This document shows positions 24,001 through 36,385 of a stretch of 64,000 nucleotides of DNA, one piece after another (within the stretch, counting starts at the first letter, position 1; each line of letters starts with the position of its first letter). Under the pieces are notes generated by a model that was not told the origin of the DNA, did no database searches, and worked only from the letters and a program-made list of their open reading frames with translations. Where the stretch lies: assembly GCF_009914755.1 (NCBI RefSeq), contig NC_060935.1. One strand, 5' to 3'. A program made the position numbers and the translations under genes. This DNA comes from the human T2T-CHM13v2.0 reference genome, Homo sapiens.

Positions 24001-25119
24001 GCACAGGGAAAAGGGAGGGGAGGTAGGTTTGTCACCTGCCTGTTACCAGAGCCCCCCAGCCCATGAGCTGACTCTGGACCACGGGCTGACTTCAGTGCAG
24101 GTTCCCCTGATAGGGGGCAGGAAGCAGTGTGCCCTGTGCTAGAGAAATCTTGCCACTGCTCTGCATCCTCAGCAAATCACAAGGGAGTCACCAAATCGAG
24201 GAGTGACACGACCCCAGCGTCCATGCCGAGGCTGGGAGGCCCAGGACCACCCAGGCACCTGGTGGCTGAGTCTCCTGGAAAATAGGCTCTGCACTGAAGT
24301 GACACTAGGTCCACTGTCCAGCGAGTTCCTTTGCCTGTGGCCACACAATAGGCCCAGAGCCTGGGAGCCAGCCCCATTGAGGGGCAGAGTGCCCAGCTGT
24401 TTGCCTGTTGACTCTTCAGAACCTTCTGGGGGAAAGCAGCAGACCAGACCTGTGGAGGGCTGCATGGGGCTGCTCCACCTCTTCAGCTTTCCTGGGACCT
24501 GATTCATGGTCTGCTTCACATCCTCTGGCATGATCCAGGGACCCTGTCAGTTCTCAACCACTGCTCTCTCCCCTTATGTGGGCTTGAAGTGGTCTGTCTA
24601 CTTCTCTGGAGTTGCAGTGCTACTACATCCTGTCTCTGGGTGAGAGAGTACAAATGTCACTCCATTTCCAAAAGGAAAACACACACATCTGCAGCGCCAG
24701 ATGTTAGAGGACAGAAGCCGCGTGTGTTAGAAGCAGCGGCTGTTGCCAGTTGGCCGGCCTCTTGGTTTAATCTTCCAAAGCGGCAGTGCAGGGTGGGAAG
24801 GGTGTGCTTGGACCCTGGTGGACTGGTCCTGGCCTGCAGGCTCTGAGTCACACACCTTCCAAGGGCTAGAGTCTGAAGGTACAGCCATAGGTGCCTGGTA
24901 GGGTGAAGGCCACAGTCCCCTTCATGTGCCCAGGGGCAGAGGCCCCACCCCAAATCCTGCCTGACAGCCGGCTTCTTCCTGAGCCCAGCACAGGGTCTGG
25001 GCACTAGGGCAGGTGCTCAGAGAACACTTAAAGACTAAACAAGGATTTTACAGATGGAGAACTGAAAACCTGGGATCACTAAGCAGGGTAAAGCCAGCGG
25101 GGACAGACCCGGGATTTGA

Positions 25120-25420
25120 GGTGCTTTGCCAGGGATGTTATGATAAATGACCATGCACGGGGGGCTTAAAACAATGGAAACGTATCCCTGCACAGTTCTG
25201 GAGGCTGGAAGTCCAAGGTCAGGCTCCTTCAGGGGTCTGGAGAGGATCAAATCCATGGTGTTTCTTGGCTTGTTCCTTCCTTCTTTACAAGGACACACCA
25301 CTGGATTTAGGGCCCACCCGAGTCCAGCATGACCTCATCTTGATTAGATCTACAAGGATCCTATTTCCAAATAAGGTCCCATTCACAGAACTTTGGGGGT
25401 CACTTTTCAACCCAATACAA
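25120..25420 (-). mobile_element. MLT1-type MaLR LTR fragment
   Basis: cacagttctggaggctggaagtccaagg...ggatttagggcccacc...tatttccaaataaggtc. Confidence 0.75.
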
Positions 25421-26992
25421 CTGTAAAGGCCTGACTTTTGTTCCACATGGCCTTTCTGGAGTGTGACGAGTGCTTTTTCCGAGGCGAGGCCAGTCCTCCC
25501 AGAGACAGGTGGAGGCAGCACGAGGGGCCTGGAGCATTTGCCGTGCATCCACTATGTGCCCCGCACTTCGCATGTGCGCCATGGGATGCCCTCATGGCCC
25601 TAGAGGCAGGGGCTGTCAGCAACGCTCGGTGTCTTCAGTCCCCAGCTGGATCCCCCAGTGTGACCAGGCTGGGCCACGGCTGCTGGTCCCTTTGGGGTCT
25701 TCCTGCCCACACCCTTGCCCCCTGTTATATCTGGGGTTGAGGCTCTGGAAGCTCAAATTTGTAGCCAGTTTCTCTTGCTCAGACGGGAGGTGGATCTTCT
25801 GATGCCACCCTGGGGGAGGAGGGTGGTGTGGATGGGGCCAGGTCCCAGCAGGCCACAGGCGCCCACGGTGGCTCAGCCACCTGAGTCCCGAACTGTTCTC
25901 CCTGACAAGGGACTTCTGTTGTCCCACGCTGTTCTGGCAACTGGGTCCCTGGCAGCCATGGTGGGGCATCTTCCTCAGTTAGGTGATGAATAGAGGGCCA
26001 TTCCCGTGAGCTGGGGTTTGGCCTTGGATTGAAGGGGTGTTCACACACAAACGTAATTGCACGACATAGAAAGAAGGGTATTCTGTACCCCGGGTGTCCA
26101 CCACATCCTCGGCGCAGCAGTGGGGCCTAGAAAGCCCGCTGGGAGTTTTCTGGGCAGCTGTAGGATGCTGGTGCAAGCCCGGGGCTGCTGCAGAGAGGCC
26201 GCTGGGATGACACAGGTCGGGACAGTGGTGGTTCTGTGCCCACCTCACCCAATCTCATCTAACATGATTGGGACAGAGTTAAGATGTGCCTTAGGGCCAG
26301 GTGCTAGGCTCCTCCCAACTCCAAGGGATTAATTAAAAGCTGGGAGTGCTGCTTTTAATTGTTGGGGGAGCTGTGTCCAGCAGCAGGCGAGCAATACCCC
26401 CCGATGTGCTTGCTGCTGTGAAAGGGGGAACCTGAGTCTATCTGGGGCCTGCGGTCCGGCTGCCCACAGCCACAGTGACTGCCAGTCTCCCACTCCACAC
26501 CAGCCCTGGGTGGGGAGGTGTAGCCAAAGGGCTCACACTGCTCCCTTCTCCTTCTAGTGCCCCACAGGGCACAGGGCAGCCTCTTGGGGAATGGGTGATT
26601 TCCGGGCCTTAAAGGGAGGCAGTTCCTGCCCACCACAAAGGGGTCCTGAGGGTCAGGAATGCAGCCAGAGGCTCTGCTCATCTGCAACCCCCCATCCAGG
26701 CAGCCCCAGCTGAGACCAAACAGGGGTCCGGCCAGCTTCACGGTCATGACGATGTGAACACAGGTCAGGGAAGAAACACAGGACACGCTGGGGAATCACA
26801 GACAGAAGCCAAGCAGAAAGAACAGACAGATGAATGTGCTCCAGGGCGGCAGGGCTCCTCGGGCAGGACCCAGCAGGAGAAGCCAACAAGGCTTTGCGAC
26901 ACATTTGAGACTTCACGGCATCACAAAGGATGTTTCTGTTCCACAGGGGGGTGATGGGCAGGGGGCTGAGACAGACACTGGGCCTCCCTTAC

Positions 26993-27013
26993 CCTTCTTC
27001 TTCCGGACCGAGG
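26993..27013 (-). CDS. SHANK2: SHANK2 21-nt microexon CCTCGGTCCGGAAGAAGAAGG (A-S-V-R-K-K-K), phase 1->1
   Basis: cccctttctgtttgcaag| acceptor, AGG|gtaagg donor; yields VDK-ASVRKKK-DKPEE in frame. Confidence 0.9.
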
Positions 27014-28345
27014 CTTGCAAACAGAAAGGGGACCGCCATGAGCCACCAGGATGCAGCGCCCGCCCGCAGCCTACACTCGGGCCTTGTCAGCTCAGGGCGC
27101 CTCAGGAGCAGGCTGGGCCGGCAATGGGGCGGCAGGCAGGGGCTGTCTGGAACGCTGCGAACGCAGGCTGCGCTATCCATGGAGTGGCTTTCCCCAAACC
27201 TTGGCTGCCCGCACAACTCTGTCCTGTCTGCCCTGCTCGTTAACCTACTGCCTGGCAGTGGAAAGGGGCTTTCCTTCTTCCTCAGCACCCCTTGTCCCAC
27301 CAGCACCCTGCCAAAGTAGGGAGGAGTTCTCAGAGCAGACATGAGCAGAGGTGGCGGGGCCAGCCTTTAGAGTGCACCTGTGGCCTTTCCTGCCTCATTC
27401 TGTTGTTTCTTGACTGAGCTGAGCTCTCAGGAGCACCCCTTGCAAAGATGAGAGCTGCTAGGCTTGTCCCTCTGGGGAGCCCCAGGACAGGCCTCTGTGG
27501 AGAGGGCCTGGAGGCTGGTCACCTCCTCCGTCGCCTGTGAGGCTGGGGCACGCGGGGCACTACTGGTTCTGGGTGGGTGGGGCAGCGCCACTGCAGGGCT
27601 GCTGTTTTGGACTGAGGCCTCATGCCCATCCTCAGACTCTAGCCCCAGAACCTCGTGAGAAGCGGCCTGGCCGGCCTCAGCGCCCTGGGCCGAGGAAGGA
27701 TGACATCACTGCTGTGGCAGCACTTAGCACTTGCTAGACTCCTCTCGGGAAAGCTGCCTGTGCCAGAGTGCAGGGAGGACGGGGCCTGTGAGTGAGAGCA
27801 CCAGCCAGGGCTTGGCTCTCAACCCCCCAGGCCAGCTGGACTGGACCGTGGGCCTTGGGCGGGGGCTCGTTTCTGCGCCCATGTAAGCTGCCTTCACCAG
27901 CTCCAATTTGTGCTCCAGTGGAGCAAGCGTTTCCACCTACATGCCATCTCTGTGTGTTTCAGAGCCACCCTCTTTCCAAAGGTGTCCCTGGCTCCATGGT
28001 GACTCCCCGGAACAAACAGGATCCTGCATGGCCAGCATGGCCCACGTGGCTGCTAGTCGCCCTTCCCCTGCCTACAAGATGGAGTCAGAGGGCCAGAGCC
28101 TCTCTCTGTTGCTTGCAGACCTTACACAAAGGTGCCGGGCGTTCCCTAAGCCTGCTGTGCAGACCAGACTGCTCTGCCAAGCCCACGCTATCTACACACA
28201 GATCCCCGGAGGATGGAGCCTTCTGGTCTGAGCCACGTGGGGAGCAGCTCACACAGGCCTCCGAGGCCTGGGCTGAGGTGGATGTCAGTGGGGGTGCCCT
28301 AGACAGCAGGGGGAGCTGCTTTGGGGACCCAGTGGGGCTGCTTAC

Positions 28346-28354
28346 CTTTATCCA
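28346..28354 (-). CDS. SHANK2: SHANK2 9-nt microexon TGGATAAAG (V-D-K), phase 1->1
   Basis: Branch-like ctaac at 28390-28394, U-rich tract, ctcactag| acceptor, AAG|gtaagc donor; gives ELEEL-VDK as in the SHANK2 protein I recognise. Confidence 0.9.
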
Positions 28355-28628
28355 CTAGTGAGAGGCCCAAAAATTCAAAACAAAACAATGTTAGATAAAC
28401 AGAAAAGAGGAAAGGCAGGACTAGCAACAACGCCCCGCGAGGCTCCGAGGGAGGTGCACACATGGGGCTGCGGGGCATGCAGGGGCATTTCCTGATGCAC
28501 GTCTGGGTACAGGGGCAGGAGGGGGGTAGCGAGCAAGCGTGGGGTCATGCACAGCCTGGTGCTTTGCAAAGGGCAGCTCAGGGACCGGCATGGTGACTGT
28601 ACAGGGCTGGGCCGGGTGTGCGACTTAC

Positions 28629-28709
28629 CGAGCTCCTCCAGCTCCGAGGTCATGGACTTGGAGCGCAGGGTGAGGGCTGTGGTCGGTGCCCGCTTTGGAG
28701 GCGGGGGAG
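28629..28709 (-). CDS. SHANK2: SHANK2 coding exon, 81 nt (APPPPKRAPTTALTLRSKSMTSELEEL), phase 1->1
   Basis: ctctgccctccag| acceptor, CTCG|gtaagt donor; conserved Shank post-PDZ motif RSKSMT.ELEEL. Confidence 0.97.
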
Positions 28710-29220
28710 CTGGAGGGCAGAGGAGAGATGGGTGTGAGACCCCAGCCCATGTTTCCAGATATGGGAATAAGGCTAGCAGTGGCCCTGTGGCTGGCAGGTG
28801 GGTCTCAGGCTGTTTGGCTGCGGTGGTCAGGGATTGTGCAGGTGTGCTTATGATGGGAAAGGACAGGTGCTCAGGAGGATCTTGCCATATCCCTGAACTG
28901 CAGTGCAGGCCCTCATGGGTGGGCCTGGGCAGGGGGAGGGAGGGGACAGGGCACTGAGTGGGAAGCCTGCGGAAGGGACGCCTGCTAGTGACTAAAAGGG
29001 CACTCCTGGTGGGACATGGATGATTCCGGCAGCGTGTGAGCCCCAAGTCATTGTCGTGGGCTCTGGCGGTAAATTCCAGCCTCACCCCTGTGCCTGGGCT
29101 CTCAGAAGTGTGGGATCAGCTGGAGAGAGGGCCCACTGCCCCCCAGCTGTCCTGCCCGCCCCCACCCCCCCCCCCCCCAGTAGGGCCCCAGGCTGGAGCT
29201 GGGCGATGTGGGGCATGTAC

Positions 29221-29356
29221 CTTTCTTCCTGGCGGTGTCGTCGGGGTCCAGATTCCTGGTCACCGTGACCACCTTAAGGACCAGGTGATTCCCTCCCTGC
29301 CGGATCATGTTCACCACCTGCCTGTGGCCGACTTTGACAACATTCTCATTGTTAAC
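29221..29356 (-). CDS. SHANK2: SHANK2 coding exon, C-terminal half of PDZ domain (VNNENVVKVGHRQVVNMIRQGGNHLVLKVVTVTRNLDPDDTARKK), 136 nt, phase 0->1
   Basis: Minus strand ccttcccacag|GTTAAC acceptor and AAAG|gtacat donor; translation is the Shank PDZ C-terminus; 45 codons +1 nt joins in frame to the next exon. Confidence 0.97.
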
Positions 29357-32300
29357 CTGTGGGAAGGCGGAGAGGATGGCGTCAGTGAGAGCCAGCGGAG
29401 AGGAAGACAGTTGGCACCCACCCAAGGCAGAGACATGTGGGCTCCTAAAAAGGGGGCAAATGCAGGGAAGCAAAGGGAGTGAGACCGTCATCTTTTTGGA
29501 AGCAAAGGTGCTTTTGGGGAAACCAGAATGAATGCTGCTGTGACTGTGGAGGTCACTTAACTGTGGCTCAGGAGGTTGGGGGAGGCCTTCCTCTGACACT
29601 GCAGCTCTCTGCTGAGTCCTCCACAGCTGCTGCAGAGGAAGGGCTGATTTCTATTTAACCTGAGCATCCTTAGGTGCTTACTTTTACAGGCCTGGGGCAA
29701 TTTTCAGGGCCACCAAGAGACTGCATGTGAAGAGCCTGACAGGCGAGTTCCAGGGCTGGGCTGCAGTGCCAGGCTTTGCATCCTCACAGGAGGAGGAAAC
29801 GTGGCGCTTAATTGCTTCTCATGTATTCTGGGAATGCACATCACACTGAAGCAGCCCCTTTCCTCCCACTCCCTCCCTCCCTGCTCTCCCGCTCCAGAGG
29901 CCTGGGAAGGCAGAAAAGCCTGGCCCAGCAGGGTGCTTACAAGAGTGGGGGCCCTGTCCCTGTGCTGGTCTGTACAACTAGCTGCCCCAGTGCTCCTGGG
30001 ACGGTGAGTGGCAGGCTGGGGACCCCCAAGGCTGCCATGCTATGGCCACTGCCCTGCAGTTGAGGAACTCTTAGGAGCCGGTTACCTCCTGCCCTATTTG
30101 TCCTCACCATGGCAAATGCACCTGACACGGAAGTAGGAACGGACTCAGGGTGCCATCCCCCTGGCCCCTCTGCTATTCTCACCTCCCTGAGCAATGCTCA
30201 GCAGCAGATGGCCTTGGCCTCTGCCTCCCAGCCCCACGCTACTCCCAGAGGAAAACCCGAGTGATGGAGACTGGAACTGGGTGGGCGTCTGGGCTGACAC
30301 TGCCCACCCTGGCTACTGCAGGAGTAACACTTAGTGGTTTTCAAATGTTGCTGTGAAAAGGCCCCGGCCTCACCCCTGCCCATGGAACTGAGCTCCACAG
30401 GGGGCCTCTGGCACCTTCATCCCAGCAGCTCCTGAATGGGAGCGCAGCCCAGAGGCAGCTGTCTCTAGGTGGCAGCAGGGAGGGGGAAGCCCCAGAAGGT
30501 GAAGTTTACAGCTGCTTCACACGCCACCTTCGAACAAAGAAAAGCACCCTGATCGTAAACAACAGCCAAGACGTCATGCCCCTCACCAGCCACACTGTGC
30601 TGTACGCATATCCTCCTGCTATAGATTCTTCAAAAACTAAACATCTGGTATACCCACAAACAGAAAACTTAAAGCCTGTGTGCTGCTTGGTGGATTTTCA
30701 CAAATCCAACATCCCTGTAAGAGCTGGATAGAAGCAGGTACTGCCTGGCTCACCATACTGTTGACAGGCCCAGTGCCTGGCTCCCCATACTGTTGACAGG
30801 CCCAGGATGTGCCAGTTTTGGTCACCTACGAGACGGCTGCAGAGGTCCTCCAGGCAGGGCTGCGAGGAGCCCAGGGAGGACTCAGTGGGGCCAGGGCAGT
30901 CCCCGTGCCAGCTGCTCTGCAGTCTCTGCTGTGGGACCGGCTCATTCCCATGTACTCAGACCCACCCGGTTTCAGCAGTGAGTATCCAGTGTCCTGGGTC
31001 CACTGGACAGCTGGTCACCCTGCACTGCCCTGAAGATAGAGTCTTGGGAGCAGGACTATCCTAATGGGGCCTTGGGAGAGAGGCCCACCTACAGCGGCAG
31101 CGGTCTTTGCAAGGTGACTCCTGGGGGCTGTTCCTTTCACTGAGGTTCTCAGAATGTAATTAGGAAAGCAGATGGATTTAGGAAGTAAAGGAGCCGGATC
31201 GAGGAAGACAGCACCGGGAGTTCTCGGAGGGCAGACCTCAGCTTGCAGGACCCTCGCTGCTCTGGTACAGACAGGCAACCGAACACCAGCCACGCGTTAT
31301 CGGGTTCTCTCCCCTCCCATGAGCACACCCGGGTAGTGGCTGTTGCTCATTCATTCATTCATTCACTCATTCCAGTGTTTCTGTTCCCCGTACCACTAAA
31401 AGCCATGAGGCACAGGCAGTTCAGCTGTCTCTGCCTCCATCTGTGGGAAGTTTGCGTCCTCATCAGGGAGTTTTGGCCGACACACAAAGAAGTGAACACA
31501 TAACTTCAGGTGGCTGAGTACCACCTAAGAAGGCAGAACCAAGTAAAAGGAGACTGAACAGAGGCCTGGACCCACCAGGAAAGAGCAGTGTGGGCGGAGT
31601 CATGGAGTGGGAATGGGCAAGGAAGCGGTAGGCAGGGGGGCGCAGAAAAGGCCAAGGCCTGAGAGCAGGGCCTTGGATGCCAGGGTGAGGTTATGGGCCA
31701 GGGAGTGCTGAGGCCCGATGCAGAGATGAGGCATCTGACCCGAGCAGCTGTGAGTATGAGGTGCCAAACACACGTGGGGGGGCACCGAGACACTGGGGTC
31801 TCAAGCTGAGATGGAGGAGGCAGGCTGCCCAGGCTCAGGAGCCGCGAGGCCAATGTGTGAGGCCTTGGTGAGAAGACCTGGCAGTAGGGAGCCCCCAGCT
31901 GCCTGGCCACTAGATCCCCAGGGGTCATCCCTTGCAAGGCTGTGGGGAGCGAGGGGAGGACTCGGCCCCACCTTGAGATGGGCTGGGACCAGCTTTCCTG
32001 CTCTGGGCGGGCCCCCAGTGCCGGGCCTTGAGGGGGCTCCAACCAAGAAAGTGCATATTACTGCCTGCTTGCTCCTGCCACCCGCTGTGGGGCATTCTCT
32101 GGATCTGATGCTTGGGGAGAGTACGAGACTGGCACGGGGATGGGCTGCCAGTCACTGGAGAAGCCAAGCTCAAGTTGCGGCCTCCTGAGGGCTCGTCGGG
32201 CTGATGGGGACTTTAACAGCCTGGCCACTTAGGCAGGGAGGGGCTGGGGATGTGGCCTCTGACTGCAGCCTGCTAACCATCACGGCCTTGGGCTCACTCC

Positions 32301-34879
32301 CTAGAATCCTCATCCTCCAGAATCTCCCGTGGTTCATTTGTGGTGGCTGGATGCTGTCCTTCTGTGATCTTGGCCAGAGCTGGCCCTTGGCCGCTTTGGG
32401 AGAAGCAGTTTGTTCCTGTGCCTTGGAAGGGTCAAGGGGCTGGAGGGCCCTTTTCCTCAGAAGTGTCAGAGACAGACATTACTCTTTTCTGGGCAGGGGA
32501 GGCAAAGGACCAAAGAAAGGCCTCTCGGGGAATGAGCCACTCATGGGGGATTCTCAGGAAGCTTGGCTGCGGGGCCAAGGACCTTGGCGGCCCCAGCACC
32601 TTCCTTGTCTGTAGCCGACAGCCTGGGTGCACGTTCTGGTGGCACCTCCACACACTCATGCTGCCCCAGCCAGAGCTGCTCCTGCACAGGGCCAGGCTGG
32701 CTGCCCAGATTTGATGTCTCATATCTGAGTCTGCAGAAGCTGCTGTTCCCACCCAACTCCTAATCAGGGCTCCCCAGTTCCTGATTCCATCCCCTGTACC
32801 CCTCGTAGACCTGCTGCCCTCAGCAGACTGCAGCAAATGGCAGGACCTGCTCAGGAGAGCTCAGAGGAAATGAGGCTCCCATGGGCCCTGGAAACATCAC
32901 TTGGCCTTCTCTGAAAGCTGATGACAAAGAGGCATACAGGGCTTGCAGGGGTGGAGCTAGGTTTGGAATCAGTTGTTGGGCATCTGATGCCCCTCTGACG
33001 TCCAGAATCTGTCTCGCCCAGGTCTTTCGGGGTCATGAGCCACTTCCAAACAAAGTTGCTTTGGACGAGCTTCCCTGCAGTCCCAGCTCCACTTGGAGGG
33101 CCCTCCCTCCTGCTTCATGGAGGGATGGTATCCGGTGAGCCCTGGTCCTGGTGGGCCTGCACCCCTCCAGAATCAGCATATTATTGGGTCCGGAGCCTGT
33201 GGGGGCCCTGCTGCTTGCTGGGTGCCCGTGGGCAGGACACCTGCCTCTCTAGCGGGGTGTCCTCAGTAAACAGCATGGCTTCCTGCCCTGGCAAGCACTT
33301 GGGGGCAGGGAGGTGGTGCCAACAGGGCCTCAAACCATCCACACACATCCTAGGATGTTCCCTTTGGTCCCCATCCAGCGATTACCAAGGGTCAAATCCC
33401 ACCCACACAGTGCCTCAGTCAGTTTTAACTTAGCTGTCACAATTTAAAGAGTATAAGACCTTTGCATAGAAAGTCTAGAATTTCAGTTTTCATTGAAAAA
33501 TTAGAACCCTCGCACTTGGGGAGTTGGGCCTCCCACTTGCATGCGGCATCCTCCCCTGCTGTTAGCTGAGGCTGTGACTGCTGCTGTGCCCGCCCACCCC
33601 AGCCTCCTGGGCCCTGACGTCACCTTCTCAGCTTGAGGGGGCATTGGATTTGTGGCTCTTGCCAGCCACCAGTGAAACAGAAAACTGCTATCACTGCCTT
33701 TGATGCCATCTGCGTTTAGAATTTTGGGAAGGGACAGATTGAACTCTGCACATTGCTGGTCTCAAAATCAGCCTGGGTGACATTCATGAAACTGATTTCT
33801 ATTTCCTACGGGAGCCACAGGTGACTGGTGAGCCCTGTATCAATATAAGCTTCCCAGGCCAGTCTCCTGTGTCAGAGCTCAGATCTCAAAACACATTGAC
33901 CTTCTGCCCAGAATCTTTCCCCTGCAGAGGGAGAGGGATGTCTGTGAGGGGCCTGCAACAGCCTTTCTGAGCATGAGGAGGAGGCAGAATGGGGGAATGT
34001 CATGTGGGCGCTGGGGCAGAGGCAGGTGGCCATCCCGTCTGTCACCACTCCGCATTACCCTGAACCCTAGATGCAGGCCCAGTGGACAGACACGGACATG
34101 AGGTCTGGAGGGGCCTGTGGGGGACCCCAACTCAAACTTGGGCTTGCAAAAGCCAGGAAAGTGGCCCCGAATCTTGCACTTAATATAGAAACCACATCGT
34201 TTCCATCAATGAAGAGCCAGTTCCAGCACCAAGCATGTGGTCCCAGTGACGCGCGTTTGTAATTAGACCCTAAATACCATCAAGACACTAAAAATGCCGA
34301 CTTCCCCAAAGCAGCTGGGGCTGGGAGGAACCCGCAAGAGCGGGGCTTGTGATTTTTTGGAGTGTTTAGAGGCTCTGCAAATGAACTCAGACCGGTAGTA
34401 ACTCCTGCAACGCACATTTGCTTTGCACCCCTCCAGGGTATGGTTTAGATTCTGCCGAGAGGGCACAGGCCGTGACAGTGTGCCACAGGAACCTCTATCA
34501 TACAGGCCCAGGACAGGAAGACCCCTTGGTGAGAACCTGGCCGCACTGACAGCCTGTGCCCGGCTCTGACCTCAGGCAATGAGAGCCTGCCTACTGGGAA
34601 CGCCACAGGGCACCAGGGCTCATGGGGGTGGATGGTGCCCACGTGCTGCTGGGCACACACCTGCCCTGTCCCCCTCAGCTGAGCACAGAGAACCCATCCC
34701 AACCTTCCGCCCACACTGACCTTTCCCGACAGAATGCTCAGCACCCCTCCCCACATCCCATCCCTCCAGCTTCCCCTAAGGCCACCATCAGGGCTAAGTC
34801 CTGGGGCGGGGCAGAGTCTGCCCCCTGCCCTACTTTGCCTACTGGTGCATCATCTCTGTGTCCCCAGACACTTGTTCTG

Positions 34880-35580
<701 letters not shown>

Positions 35581-36064
35581 GCCTGTGCCTTGCCCGGCCT
35601 TCTTGGTTACCACCCTGAGGACTGTTCTATTGCAGCCCTCAGCCACAGTGCATCTCTGTCTGCTGCCCACTGAGGCTCACCTGCCCCTGCAGCACCAGCT
35701 GTTGCCCATGCAGTGGCACAGGTCTCCAGCGCTGCCCAATGTGAGCAGACACTGATTGGGCCACAGTCTTGGCTCTTGGTCCCACGACCTCCCCCAGGGG
35801 CCCAGTGTGGGGACACTGGCTATTGGTCTCAGAGCAAAAATGGCCTCAAGTCCCATTTATCCCATTGAGGGGGGGCTCCCAGCATGGAGCTCTGCACTCT
35901 TCCTTGCAGGAGCTCAGAGCACGGCCAGCTGGCATGTAGCTCTGAGTCTTCAGCATTGGTGTAGCCTTCGGGTCAGCTTTCCTCAGCTCCCCTGCCCCCT
36001 CACCCTGTCTTTCAGCTCTGACTCAGCCCACCCTGCTGGCCACGACTTGAAGCTGGGGACTTGC

Positions 36065-36385
36065 AGTGGCTGCATGTCTATGTCCCCCCAGTCTATGTGT
36101 TGAAACCCTCACCGCCAGTGTGATGGGGTTGGGAGGCGGGGACTCTGGGAAGTGATTACATCATGAGGCGGAGCCTTCGTGAATGGGATTAGTGCCCTTA
36201 TAAAAGGGACCCTGGAGCAACCCTTTGCCCTTTCTGTCCTGTGAAGAGAAGATGGCTTTCTGCAAACCAGTTTGCCGGCCAGTGCCATGATCTTGGACTT
36301 CTGGTCTCCCGAGCTGGGAGAAATAAGTGCTGTTTAAGCCACCTGATCTGTGTATTCTGTCGCGGCAGCCCAAACGGACTAAGAA
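36065..36385 (+). mobile_element. MLT1A/MST-like MaLR LTR
   Basis: gtgttgaaaccctc...gaatgggattagtgcccttataaaag...tttaagccacc...gcagcccaaacggactaaga. Confidence 0.85.

Noticed and set aside
28375-29085. 236-aa ORF spanning two introns around the 81-nt exon
   Set aside because: Open frame explained by stop-poor GC-rich intron; non-exonic part has no protein-like features
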